NCBI GenBank assembly: GCA_028286645.1
Contig: JAQBRF010000003.1
Coordinates: forward strand, 12,323-76,322
Direction of reading: 5' to 3'
From: Candidatus Nomurabacteria bacterium
Lineage (GTDB): Bacteria > Patescibacteriota > Minisyncoccia > Phycocordibacterales > UBA5272
DNA length: 64,000 nt
Part shown: piece after piece, positions 37,797-46,959 of the stretch
How positions within the stretch are numbered: position 1 is the first letter of the stretch
Layout: every line of letters begins with the position of its first letter
The notes under the pieces: model-generated
Told to the model about the DNA's origin: nothing
Database searches by the model: none
What the model saw: the letters and a program-made list of their open reading frames with translations, nothing else
Position numbers and translations under genes: made by a program

Positions 37797-37833
37797 GATT
37801 TTAGACATTAGATTTTAGATTGTAGATTAAATG
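37797..37833. repeat. Dispersed ~25-nt repeat, inverted copy flanking the four-helix-bundle gene (left arm)
   Basis: agattttagacattagattttaga is the reverse complement of the right-arm sequence at 38191-38225. Confidence 0.65.
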
Positions 37834-37846
37834 TTAGAATACATAC

Positions 37847-38203
37847 ATGGCTTCTTATAAGGAACTTTCTGTTTGGCAAAAATCCTATCAATTAACACTA
37901 GATATTTATTCTGCAACCAAGAAGTTTCCTAAAGAAGAACTTTTTGGTTTAGTCTCGCAAATGAGAAGGTCAGCTGTTTCTATTCCTAGTAATGTAGCGG
38001 AAGGAAACGGCAGGTTTGGGAGGAAGGATCACCTTCAATTTATTAGAATAGCTTATGGTTCTGGGTCAGAACTTGAGACCCAACTTCTCTTATCAAGAGA
38101 CTTGAAATATGTATCTGAAGAAGAATTTAAAAAGTTAAATATATTGCTTGATGAAGTAATGAGGATGCTAAATAAATTAGCTTCGTCTTTATCTAAAATC
38201 TAA
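37847..38203 (+). CDS. Four-helix-bundle protein (23S rRNA intervening-sequence protein family)
   Basis: LSVWQKSYQLTLDIY..TKKFPKEELFGLVSQMRRSAVSIPSNVAEG..R...D...FIRIAYGSGSELETQLLLS is the canonical pattern of this family. Confidence 0.8.
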   Translation: MASYKELSVWQKSYQLTLDIYSATKKFPKEELFGLVSQMRRSAVSIPSNVAEGNGRFGRKDHLQFIRIAYGSGSELETQLLLSRDLKYVSEEEFKKLNILLDEVMRMLNKLASSLSKI

Positions 38204-38225
38204 TGTCTAAAATCTACCATCTACT
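38191..38225. repeat. Dispersed ~25-nt repeat, right arm (overlaps the stop codon of the four-helix-bundle gene)
   Basis: tctaaaatcta-atg-tctaaaatcta. It pairs with 37797-37833 to enclose the gene in a potential long stem. Confidence 0.65.
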
Positions 38226-38228
38226 ACC

Positions 38229-39410
38229 ATGATTTTACTTGCTATTGAAACAAGCTGCGACGAAACAGCCGTATCTATTGTAAAAAGAGCTCGCGGGAAA
38301 AATGTAAGATTCGAAGTTTTATCACATAAAGTCTTATCTCAGATTGATATCCATAAAGAATATGGCGGAGTATTCCCAGCTTTAGCTAAAAGAGAGCACG
38401 CGAGAGTCCTTACTCAATTAATTGCAGAATGCTTAGAAGAGGCGGATCTGCTTGTTGAAAGAACTAATGAATTTCATCTTCCAAACGCTACCCGAAAAAA
38501 GCTAGATACCATGCTTGAAAGAGAGCCGGAGATGCTTAGAGCTATGAAAGTCTTATTTGAAGGAATACAAAAACCCGGGATTGACGCAATTGCAGTAACT
38601 TCTGGACCTGGTCTTGAGCCAGCGCTTTGGGTCGGAATAAACGGCGCTATGGCTATTAGTCATGTATGGAATATCCCTCTTTACCCGATCAATCATATGG
38701 AGGGTCACATCGTGGCAAGCACTCTTAACTTAAATGAAGGAATATATGAAATGCCAGAAATAGAATTACCTGTCTGCGCTCTTTTAATTTCAGGAGGACA
38801 TACTGAAATTGTAAAAATGAATAAATGGAGATCGTATAAAGTTATAGGAAAAACAAGGGATGATGCCGTAGGAGAAGCTTTTGACAAAGCCGCACGAATG
38901 CTTGGACTCCCCTATCCAGGGGGGCCAGAGATATCACGCCTGGCAGAATTAGCCCGCAAAGAATCCTTAGTTGTAAATGAAGACTTGCGACTTCCTCGTC
39001 CCATGCTTCATAGTGGAGATCTTAGCTTCTCTTGCAGCGGATTAAAAACAGCAGTGCTAACAAGAGTAAAGAAATACGAACCCCTTGAAGAAAATATAAA
39101 GAAAATGCTTGCTCTAGAATTTGAAAATTCAATAGCTGATGTGCTCGTAGCAAAAGTAAAACAAGCCATGTATGAAACAAGATCAAAAACATTAATAGTC
39201 GGAGGCGGAGTAAGCGCGAATTCTCATATCCGATTTGTTCTTAAAGATCTCGCAGATAAGGAGGGGTTTAATTTGTACTTGCCTGATAAGTCCCTTTCTA
39301 CAGATAATGGACTTATGATTGCCGCGGCCGGATTACTTCACTTAGCATGCCAAGACAAGCCGAAGGTGAAGATAAAGGCCGGCGGCTCTTGGAGCATAGA
39401 AGACTGTTAA
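38229..39410 (+). CDS. tsaD: tRNA N6-adenosine threonylcarbamoyltransferase TsaD (Kae1/Gcp)
   Basis: LAIETSCDETAVSIV, NHMEGHI (the HxEGH metal motif) and a C-terminal GGGVSAN block. Confidence 0.9.
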   Translation: MILLAIETSCDETAVSIVKRARGKNVRFEVLSHKVLSQIDIHKEYGGVFPALAKREHARVLTQLIAECLEEADLLVERTNEFHLPNATRKKLDTMLEREPEMLRAMKVLFEGIQKPGIDAIAVTSGPGLEPALWVGINGAMAISHVWNIPLYPINHMEGHIVASTLNLNEGIYEMPEIELPVCALLISGGHTEIVKMNKWRSYKVIGKTRDDAVGEAFDKAARMLGLPYPGGPEISRLAELARKESLVVNEDLRLPRPMLHSGDLSFSCSGLKTAVLTRVKKYEPLEENIKKMLALEFENSIADVLVAKVKQAMYETRSKTLIVGGGVSANSHIRFVLKDLADKEGFNLYLPDKSLSTDNGLMIAAAGLLHLACQDKPKVKIKAGGSWSIEDC

Positions 39411-39551
39411 ATAAACAAAATTACTTCAACTACTTTGTCGCTACGAAATCTTTCTCAATCAATGTAGGTCCATCTACATCTCCTTCTAAAAATTCCTAGG
39501 CTTCGCGTATCTAAAGCAATTTTCTTTATTTAATATAACGGAAAATAAAAT

Positions 39552-39578
39552 CACCCTAATGGGTGATTTTATTTGCCT
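39552..39578. terminator. Bidirectional rho-independent terminator
   Basis: The stem aaaatcaccc/gggtgatttt has a taat loop, an A-run before and a T-run after. Confidence 0.65.
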
Positions 39579-39690
39579 CGTGCTCCATCGTGGAGAGCGT
39601 GGCATGCTCCAAAATAAGTGCCTTATGTGAGCGCGGTCGCCCTCCGCGATGAATCGCGAAGAGGTTCCACTCACCTAGTATACATTATTA
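39576..39690 (+). other. GC-rich structured ~110-nt element with mutually exclusive hairpins (candidate small ncRNA or regulatory RNA)
   Basis: Pairing options are gctcca/tggagagc versus tggag/ctcca, and CGCGG/CCGCG versus CGCGA/TCGCG inside a GTGAG...CTCAC outer stem. It lies in a convergent intergenic region of an AT-rich genome. Confidence 0.3.
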
Positions 39691-39889
39691 AAAAAGAAGT
39701 CAAATATATTTACCCAGAAACGTAAAGGGGCACCTTTCGGTGACCCAATGCGTAGGCATTTATTCATTTTGTAAGCACGCCAATTGCGCTCACATATACA
39801 GTTTACTACACTCATTCCTGCTGTAAAGTGGCAAAGTTTCACTGTCTTATTAGGGGAATTGGAAATTATGCCTTAGAAATTATTTCCTT

Positions 39890-42304
39890 CTATTTCTTTT
39901 TGGTTGCAAGTAGCTGTTTAATATATGCATCTATCTCCTTAGCAGATTCAGGATGATTCTTCTTTAGCTCACTTAATAGTTCTAAAGCAAGAGGGAGCTG
40001 ATTTGTACTTACCAATGCATTTAGTACATCTGGATCAAGCTCTACTTGCGCCCCATTCTTTTCAACAACCGTTCTTGCTTCTTTATAGCTCTTTGCATAT
40101 GCAGAACTGATCAGTAACCATCTTTCTGCCTCCTTATAGGCCGGAGCGTAATCATAAGTCTCGCGAGCTAAAGCGTAAGCTTGAGGAAATTTCCCCTCCA
40201 TAATATAAGCTCTAATTAAATCAAATGATATTAGTTGTTTTTTTGGAGCGAGTGTATGCGCCTCAGTTAAAACTTTCTCACCAGAAATCGGATCCCCTAT
40301 TCCATTGAAGAACATTCCATAAATAGACAGCATTCTTACATTATCTTTAAAATCTGGATATGATGTTTGAATATCTTTTTGAACCGCAGCTTCGAAAGAA
40401 GATATGGCAGTTACTGCAGCTTCTCTGTCTGCTTCAGCTACATTACTTGGAATCTGAATTTGAGCAAGCTGGATTCCCATTTGCATAAATTGTTCACGTG
40501 TTTCTTCTGTGCCTAATGTATTCATAGCAAGAGCTTGTGTAAATGCATTCTGTGAAGTATTTACTGCCTGTCCAAAAGGCATTTGCTGTATAAGAGTGTT
40601 TATATCCAATCCTTTTATCATAAGCTTATTAACCTTAAGGGGCCTGTAATTAACGTAATACAGCGAAGCGATTAAAACTATTAGCACCACAGGGCCCCAT
40701 AGAAGATTTATTTGATCCTGAGAAATTGTTTTACCTCCAGCAGTTTCATTAGAATCCCTAGTTCTGGTTACAATGTAACCCAATAATGCAATGAATAATA
40801 TATAACTTGTTAAGTTATCAAATACGAATATATTATGTACAAAATATCCAGCGATTACTCCTGTAAGAATAGCTTTTTCTTTTAATGGTATATGTCCTCC
40901 CTTTTTCCAAAGAAGAAAGAGTGCGGAAACATACAAAGACAGATAGGCTAATAGCCCTAGAATTCCTCCCGCAACGAGCCAATCGAAGAATACATTATGA
41001 GATCGGTCATACCATGGCTCAATATTCCACATTTTCTCTGGTATAAATTTACGAGCGTAAATGTATCCGAAGTTATCTTGTCCGTATCCTAAGATTGGGC
41101 GCTCTTTCCATGCGCTTAAGCTTATTTGCCATATTGCCAAACGGCTAGAAGCTGTGATGTCGGTAGGAGAAATACTCGCTATACGTGCAAGAGTCGGAGA
41201 GGATTGAATGAATGAGGTATTTCTAATACTTTGGAATAAAAAGAGCGCGGCTATCATTAAAATAATTACTCCTAACCCTACCTTTCGGTATGTATTATTT
41301 GTTTTAATGAAAACCGAACCGCATGCAATTATAAATACTAATCCCGCTATCGCGCTCACTGGATAAAAATAATTTAAAAACCCTACATCAAACACAAGCG
41401 CGAGCGCTCCGTAAATGCTGTAGAGAATGGTTACAATGTAAAGTGCGATAATTTCTATTTTAGAATCTGCCATTCTAAATACCATGGTGGCGACTGTGGC
41501 TAATAGTGCTACCAAGAATCCGATCATCGTTCCTCGAGTCCCAGAGAAAACTATTCCAAGCAAATTCAATAATATTAAAACAGGATAACCCCAAGCCTTT
41601 CTAGGATTATCAGATTTAGACCATTCTAATGCTAAGATACCCACAAACATAAGGCAAAAGATTGCAAAGTATGCGGAATTTCCTATTGTAGAATCTAATC
41701 GAGTTGCGCTCTGATGAATTGCGAAATGGTCGCTAGCCCACTTAGCAAGCGACGGGAAATGATTTGCTACAAACAGCCCTGGCGCTCCTAACCACTGGAA
41801 GAAAGCGTACAAGATAATTAAAATATCAGAAGTGATGAACACCTTCCACATTCTTTTCCAATCCACCAATGTATGCAACATTCCGACAAGAACAACAAAA
41901 TACGCAAATAGATGGATGTGCCCTACGAACCCTTCCATTCTTTCGTAGTTGCTCCAAAGGCTTTTTGTCGAATCAACACCGAAAAGATCAGCTATAAGAA
42001 TAACTAATATAAATATTCCGTAACAAATAGTGAGAGGAGACTTTTTAAGATTTATGCGATATTTTGTATCTTTTAAAGCTAAAACTACCCATCCCGCAAA
42101 GGCTATTTCTACGAGAATGCGAAAAAGGAAATTCTTCCCAGAAATAAACGGAAAGAATAAACCGGAATTGCTTCCGCTTAGAAAGTCAAAAGGTCCGCCA
42201 CTTGTCACAAAAAGGGCGATAAATGGGATAATTCCTAAACAAATCCAAACGATATTTTTAATAGTCTTTTGCATACAGCCTTGTTGAAAGTAATAATAGC
42301 CCAA
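39890..42304 (-). CDS. O-antigen ligase-like polytopic membrane protein with C-terminal TPR repeats
   Basis: About 12 TM helices with a Wzy_C-like loop (SGTRGTMIGFL), followed by a C-terminal ~300-aa soluble TPR-like domain. Confidence 0.65.
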   Translation of the reverse strand: MGYYYFQQGCMQKTIKNIVWICLGIIPFIALFVTSGGPFDFLSGSNSGLFFPFISGKNFLFRILVEIAFAGWVVLALKDTKYRINLKKSPLTICYGIFILVILIADLFGVDSTKSLWSNYERMEGFVGHIHLFAYFVVLVGMLHTLVDWKRMWKVFITSDILIILYAFFQWLGAPGLFVANHFPSLAKWASDHFAIHQSATRLDSTIGNSAYFAIFCLMFVGILALEWSKSDNPRKAWGYPVLILLNLLGIVFSGTRGTMIGFLVALLATVATMVFRMADSKIEIIALYIVTILYSIYGALALVFDVGFLNYFYPVSAIAGLVFIIACGSVFIKTNNTYRKVGLGVIILMIAALFLFQSIRNTSFIQSSPTLARIASISPTDITASSRLAIWQISLSAWKERPILGYGQDNFGYIYARKFIPEKMWNIEPWYDRSHNVFFDWLVAGGILGLLAYLSLYVSALFLLWKKGGHIPLKEKAILTGVIAGYFVHNIFVFDNLTSYILFIALLGYIVTRTRDSNETAGGKTISQDQINLLWGPVVLIVLIASLYYVNYRPLKVNKLMIKGLDINTLIQQMPFGQAVNTSQNAFTQALAMNTLGTEETREQFMQMGIQLAQIQIPSNVAEADREAAVTAISSFEAAVQKDIQTSYPDFKDNVRMLSIYGMFFNGIGDPISGEKVLTEAHTLAPKKQLISFDLIRAYIMEGKFPQAYALARETYDYAPAYKEAERWLLISSAYAKSYKEARTVVEKNGAQVELDPDVLNALVSTNQLPLALELLSELKKNHPESAKEIDAYIKQLLATKKK

Positions 42305-42327
42305 GTATACACCTGAAAATACTTAAT

Positions 42328-43194
42328 TTATAGCGCGATCCAGTCCGGCGGACAGAGGGTATTATTATCCTTCATAAATACATTTTTCCAATCTTGTGGA
42401 GCGATTATAACCTTATCATTACTTTTATTAAGCATTGCCCCCCAATAAGAAAAAGAAGAATTGGCTATGATTCCATGTTTACAGTGCGACATAAGAACCA
42501 TCTCCTCAAAGTCATAAGGAAGTATAGGAGTCTCGCATGAAGACGTCCCGAGAATATCTGCCCCATGAGCTTTAATCCATTCTTTGTCATCCGAAAATAT
42601 ATAAAAATATGGATTAGGAACTTTTTCTTGAATCAGAAGTATCGCTTTTTTGTAGTATTCCATACTTAAAGTTTCTAATTCTTTTCCATCCACATAGTCC
42701 CCTCTTCTAATGTGGACAAAAACAGATTCTTTTGTTGTGACCTCGCTTTGAAGTGTGAGCAGCTCGGCGCTAGGAACCTTTAAAGTAATCTCGTCTTGTA
42801 TATAATCAAGTATTTGGTTATAAAATAAATAACTTTGCCACCACCCCTCTAAATAGACACTGTCTTTTTCTTTTAAGAAAGATACTAACTTTTCATCATA
42901 ACCTATGTGATATTTTTTTATAAAAAACTTATTTAACGCTTTTCTAAATAAATAAGCAAATTCGGATAATTTACCAAAAGGATATTTTACCTTTGTGATT
43001 TCTTCAGGCGTCGCAACCTTTATTTTAGTATTAAATTTATCTAAAACATATTCCCGTTTTGTGTATTTATGCTTTTGAGTAAAAAATGAAACATCATATG
43101 CCACCTCCTTATTCAATTTAATTTCTAAGAATCTTCCAAAGGAATATTGGAATAACTGATTACCTAATCCACCTTGGAGTTTGATGATTATCAT
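42328..43194 (-). CDS. Alpha-1,2-fucosyltransferase (GT11 family)
   Basis: IIKLQGGLGNQLFQY is the GT11 hallmark. The start was taken at the internal Met. Confidence 0.8.
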   Translation of the reverse strand: MIIIKLQGGLGNQLFQYSFGRFLEIKLNKEVAYDVSFFTQKHKYTKREYVLDKFNTKIKVATPEEITKVKYPFGKLSEFAYLFRKALNKFFIKKYHIGYDEKLVSFLKEKDSVYLEGWWQSYLFYNQILDYIQDEITLKVPSAELLTLQSEVTTKESVFVHIRRGDYVDGKELETLSMEYYKKAILLIQEKVPNPYFYIFSDDKEWIKAHGADILGTSSCETPILPYDFEEMVLMSHCKHGIIANSSFSYWGAMLNKSNDKVIIAPQDWKNVFMKDNNTLCPPDWIAL

Positions 43195-43226
43195 GAAGAT
43201 AAAATAAATTATACCATGATGGTATA

Positions 43227-43931
43227 ATGGCAAATATGATCCCAAAAGTGATCCACTACTGCTGGTTTGGACCAGAAAAACCACAAGAGGTTTTAGATTG
43301 TATAGAAAGCTGGAAATCTACAAATCTAGGATATGAAATAAAAGAATGGAATGAGCTTAACTTTCCCATTGAAGAACATCCGTTTGCGAGCAGAATGTAT
43401 AATCAGAAAAAGTGGGCATTTGTGGCGGACTATGTACGGCTCTACATCCTCGAAAGGGAGGGAGGTTTTTATTTGGATGCCGACATGACCCTCCTACAAT
43501 CTTTAGATTCTCTATCTTTAAATGAATGCGTGCTAGGCGAAGAAGAGCCTGGAATTATAAGCGCCGGAATGGTTGGAGCTATCCCACATCATCCATTTAT
43601 AAAGGCCTGTAAAAATCTTTATGACTCACATCAAGGAGACCTGATTACTATCCCATTAATGCTTACTCAAGCCTTTAAAGACTATCCTGATAAGGATAAA
43701 CTGGTGGTTTTACCACCGAAAGCATTTTATCCGTATAACCAAGATAATATTAAATTGTATCGCGGGCAGGACCTGGGCCCGGATGTATATGGGGTGCATA
43801 TGTGGCATCATTCGTGGGGCAGTCCGCTTTATAAATTCCTTAAGAAAATCGGTATATTGAAATTTGGGAAAAAAGTTACGGGAGCCTTGGGAATTAAAAA
43901 GATATTAAAAAAGCTTTTAGGCTTTGTCTAA
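43227..43931 (+). CDS. Glycosyltransferase family 32-like (Gly_transf_sug; DXD)
   Basis: IPKVIHYCWFG is the GT32 N-terminal motif. YLDADM supplies the DXD. Confidence 0.65.
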   Translation: MANMIPKVIHYCWFGPEKPQEVLDCIESWKSTNLGYEIKEWNELNFPIEEHPFASRMYNQKKWAFVADYVRLYILEREGGFYLDADMTLLQSLDSLSLNECVLGEEEPGIISAGMVGAIPHHPFIKACKNLYDSHQGDLITIPLMLTQAFKDYPDKDKLVVLPPKAFYPYNQDNIKLYRGQDLGPDVYGVHMWHHSWGSPLYKFLKKIGILKFGKKVTGALGIKKILKKLLGFV

Positions 43932-43942
43932 AATCTAATTTC

Positions 43943-44713
43943 ATGAGATTTAGCATTATAACCCCCACATTCCGAAGGCCAGATAATCTTAAACGAGCAG
44001 TCGACTCTTTGCTGCGTCAAACATATAAAGACTGGGAAATGATTATAGTAAATGACTCCCCAGACGATCAATCGTATCAATCATTTGCCTCCCGCATAAA
44101 TGACTCCCGCATTCATTATCATACAAATACTTCTAATAAAGGAGTTAATTATTCTAGAAACTTCGCGCTAGATAAAGTATCGGCAGACTCCAAGTGGGTA
44201 ATATTTTTAGATGACGATGATTATCTAGCGCCGGACGCTTTACAAACTTTCCATGATCTTATTATTCGAAATATATTTGGATCATGGTTAGTTACCAATC
44301 GTGCATATAAGAGCGGAGAAAGCATAACAATATTTCCGCACGTCGACACATTTTATAACTACGCATGGAGTTACTTAATATTTAAAAGATGTAAAGGAGA
44401 CGCGACGCATTGCATAGAAACCAAGCTGCTTACTGATAAAAGTATTCGATTTTCAAAAAATATCAAGCAGGGAGAGGAGTGGCTGTTATTTTATCAAGTG
44501 GGTCTTTATGCGAAAATGTATTATCACGATCATAACAGCACAATAACCGAAGGGTATGCTTCCACAGGCTTAAATTTTAGAAAAAGAGGCAGGACGGAAC
44601 AGTTTGAGACCTTATCAGTAATTCTGTATGAAGGGGGGAAATTAAATTTTATTTATAAACCATCTTTTGTGGTTTATCTTTTTTTACGTTTTGTAAGAAT
44701 ACTAATTAAATAA
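43943..44713 (+). CDS. Glycosyltransferase family 2
   Basis: FSIITPTFRRPDNLKRAVDSLLRQTY...IVNDSPDD and DDDD (DXD). Confidence 0.8.
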   Translation: MRFSIITPTFRRPDNLKRAVDSLLRQTYKDWEMIIVNDSPDDQSYQSFASRINDSRIHYHTNTSNKGVNYSRNFALDKVSADSKWVIFLDDDDYLAPDALQTFHDLIIRNIFGSWLVTNRAYKSGESITIFPHVDTFYNYAWSYLIFKRCKGDATHCIETKLLTDKSIRFSKNIKQGEEWLLFYQVGLYAKMYYHDHNSTITEGYASTGLNFRKRGRTEQFETLSVILYEGGKLNFIYKPSFVVYLFLRFVRILIK

Positions 44714-44759
44714 TGGTTTTGGTATTATCCATACTCAAAATGGTATAATCCTACTAATT

Positions 44760-46061
44760 ATGCTTACCTATATTTCCCACGCTTTATATAAAGTATATGT
44801 AAGATTCTTTGGCGAACATTTTAAAAAAGAAGGGTTCATCCTCTACGCTAGAAATGTACAGTGGTTATCGATTTCCAAATTCTTTACTCTTCTTTTTTCA
44901 CTATTTACAACAATACTTATAGCCCGTTTATTAGGTCCATCTTTATTCGGAACGCTTAACTATGTACTCAGTATAGTTGGAATATTTGCCGTAATAGCCA
45001 ATCTAGGAATAGACACCATCGTTTACAAAGAATTAGTCAACTCTAAGGAAAGTCGTTTAGTAGTATTTGGCAGTGCTATTACATTGAAACTTATCACAGG
45101 AGTTATCGCTACGATCCTAGTAATTTCTTATACGATTATTTTTAATAAATTTGATTATATATATTTGATCTTAATTCTTTGCCTAAACTTTTTTTTCCAG
45201 CCTTTTACCTTACTTCATCTAGACTTTTTAAAAGACGCCGAATCCAAATACATAGCAATAACAAATATCATTACTTCACTTACTATAAGCGTACTTAAAG
45301 TATGCGTTATTGTATATATAGGGTCACTCCCATTATTTATATTTATATTGACTCTTGAAAATGTTATTTATTCGTTATTATATATTTATCAAATAGTCTT
45401 TCTTAAAAAAAGGAGCCTTCAACTCACCGCTTCTTTTATATGGATAAAAAAGATACTAGCTCTTTCAATTCCTGTTGCGTTATTTAGCGTATTTACTGAG
45501 ATATATTCTCGCATTGATCAGGTAATGCTTGCGTCTTATTTAAATACTGAAGTTGTAGGATTCTATTCTGCGGCAGTGAGAGTGGTTGATGTATGGAATA
45601 TAATACCAAGCATTTTAATTGCGTCGCTCTTTCCTGCCCTTGTAAACAGTAATAAAACAAATGAATACAGCAAAAGAACAAAGTATTTTTATATACTCAT
45701 TGGAGCAGTTGCATTAATAGCGTCTGTTATAACTTATATCTTGGCCCCTATAATTATTAAAGTTCTATATGGAGAAGCCTTTGCCCCAAGTGTGCAAATT
45801 CTTTCTATTTATTCATTTTCACTTTTTGGAGTATTTATATCTTCTGTCTTATTTCAAAATATGATTATCAATAACAAGAAGTTAATGCTTTTTGTTTTTC
45901 CGCTCGCAATAGCCGCTATAAATATATCATTAAATATATTTTTCATTCCCCTGTTCGGAGGGGTAGGAGCTGCTTGGGCTACTGTTATTAGTTATACTGC
46001 GGTTCCTGTTATTTACTTTATATTTAAATTATTTCAAAAATATGTCTCTACTTTCAATTAA
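44760..46061 (+). CDS. Polysaccharide flippase (Wzx/MOP superfamily)
   Basis: The protein has about 12 TM helices and the typical Wzx topology, and sits in a glycan gene-cluster context. Confidence 0.7.
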   Translation: MLTYISHALYKVYVRFFGEHFKKEGFILYARNVQWLSISKFFTLLFSLFTTILIARLLGPSLFGTLNYVLSIVGIFAVIANLGIDTIVYKELVNSKESRLVVFGSAITLKLITGVIATILVISYTIIFNKFDYIYLILILCLNFFFQPFTLLHLDFLKDAESKYIAITNIITSLTISVLKVCVIVYIGSLPLFIFILTLENVIYSLLYIYQIVFLKKRSLQLTASFIWIKKILALSIPVALFSVFTEIYSRIDQVMLASYLNTEVVGFYSAAVRVVDVWNIIPSILIASLFPALVNSNKTNEYSKRTKYFYILIGAVALIASVITYILAPIIIKVLYGEAFAPSVQILSIYSFSLFGVFISSVLFQNMIINNKKLMLFVFPLAIAAINISLNIFFIPLFGGVGAAWATVISYTAVPVIYFIFKLFQKYVSTFN

Positions 46062-46902
46062 AAGTAAAATACCTGAGAATTACAGAGTGGTGTTGAGGAA
46101 ATTACGCAATAGGGTATATAGATTTTGCGATCTGTTCTTAAGAGAGTTAACAAGCCGCACATACTATGGATATAGAGTATATTACCCCAAAGGGTGCGGG
46201 ATAATCGACCGAGTGAGATTTCTAGCTCCCGAAAGGACATATGAACCAGAAATCATTAATCTTTTAAATAAAAATACCAAAAGTAAAAACCCTGTCTTTA
46301 TCGATGTTGGTGCAAATATTGGCTTAATTTCAATAGCCTATTTATATCACCACCCTCAAACAGAAATAATAGCTTTCGAACCTGGCCCAGTACAAAGATT
46401 TTGTTTTGGTGCCACCATTGTCGCCAACAAATTAGAGGATAGAATTACCTTAAAAGAAATCGCCCTCTCAAATAAAATAGGTCATGCAAATTTTGTAACT
46501 CACGGAAGCGTGCACAATAGCGGAGACGGATTTATAGAAACAAATAGAATGGTTAGCGGCGAAAATGTCATAACTGTAAAAACTAGCACCCTTGATGAAG
46601 AGCTGTCCCCGCTTAAAATACAAAAAATAGATTTTATTAAAATCGATGTTGAAGGATCTGAAATGTACGTTTTAGAGGGGGCCCGCGAAACTATCGAAAA
46701 ATTTAAACCAATAATTGTCTTAGAGATGGCCGAAAAGAATTTATCTTCTTATCAAATTACTTTTGAAGAGATGTTTTCTTATATAGAAAAGATAAATTAT
46801 GCCTTATTTACAATAGAAGAAGTAGAGATACATTCAAGTAAGGATCTCAAAGTATCCGGTATTAAAAATGATATGTTCATAATAAAGCCAAGGTTAAACT
46901 AA
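46042..46902 (+). CDS. FkbM-family methyltransferase
   Basis: IDVGANIGLIS...AFEPGP and KIDVEGSEMYVLEGA are FkbM-domain signatures. Confidence 0.8.
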   Translation: MSLLSIKSKIPENYRVVLRKLRNRVYRFCDLFLRELTSRTYYGYRVYYPKGCGIIDRVRFLAPERTYEPEIINLLNKNTKSKNPVFIDVGANIGLISIAYLYHHPQTEIIAFEPGPVQRFCFGATIVANKLEDRITLKEIALSNKIGHANFVTHGSVHNSGDGFIETNRMVSGENVITVKTSTLDEELSPLKIQKIDFIKIDVEGSEMYVLEGARETIEKFKPIIVLEMAEKNLSSYQITFEEMFSYIEKINYALFTIEEVEIHSSKDLKVSGIKNDMFIIKPRLN

Positions 46903-46959
46903 TGTGATAAAAAGTACCCTATTTACAAATAAAATTGCATAGCCTAGAATGGCATAACG

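Noticed and set aside
39486-39674. 62-aa minus-strand ORF
   Set aside because: It lies inside the GC-rich structured element. The translation is Arg/Ser/Pro-rich, typical of GC-rich non-coding sequence, and it has no RBS.
39576-39690. SRP RNA (4.5S) candidate
   Set aside because: The conserved domain IV GGAA/GCAGC-type motif is absent, so it is reported only as a generic structured element.
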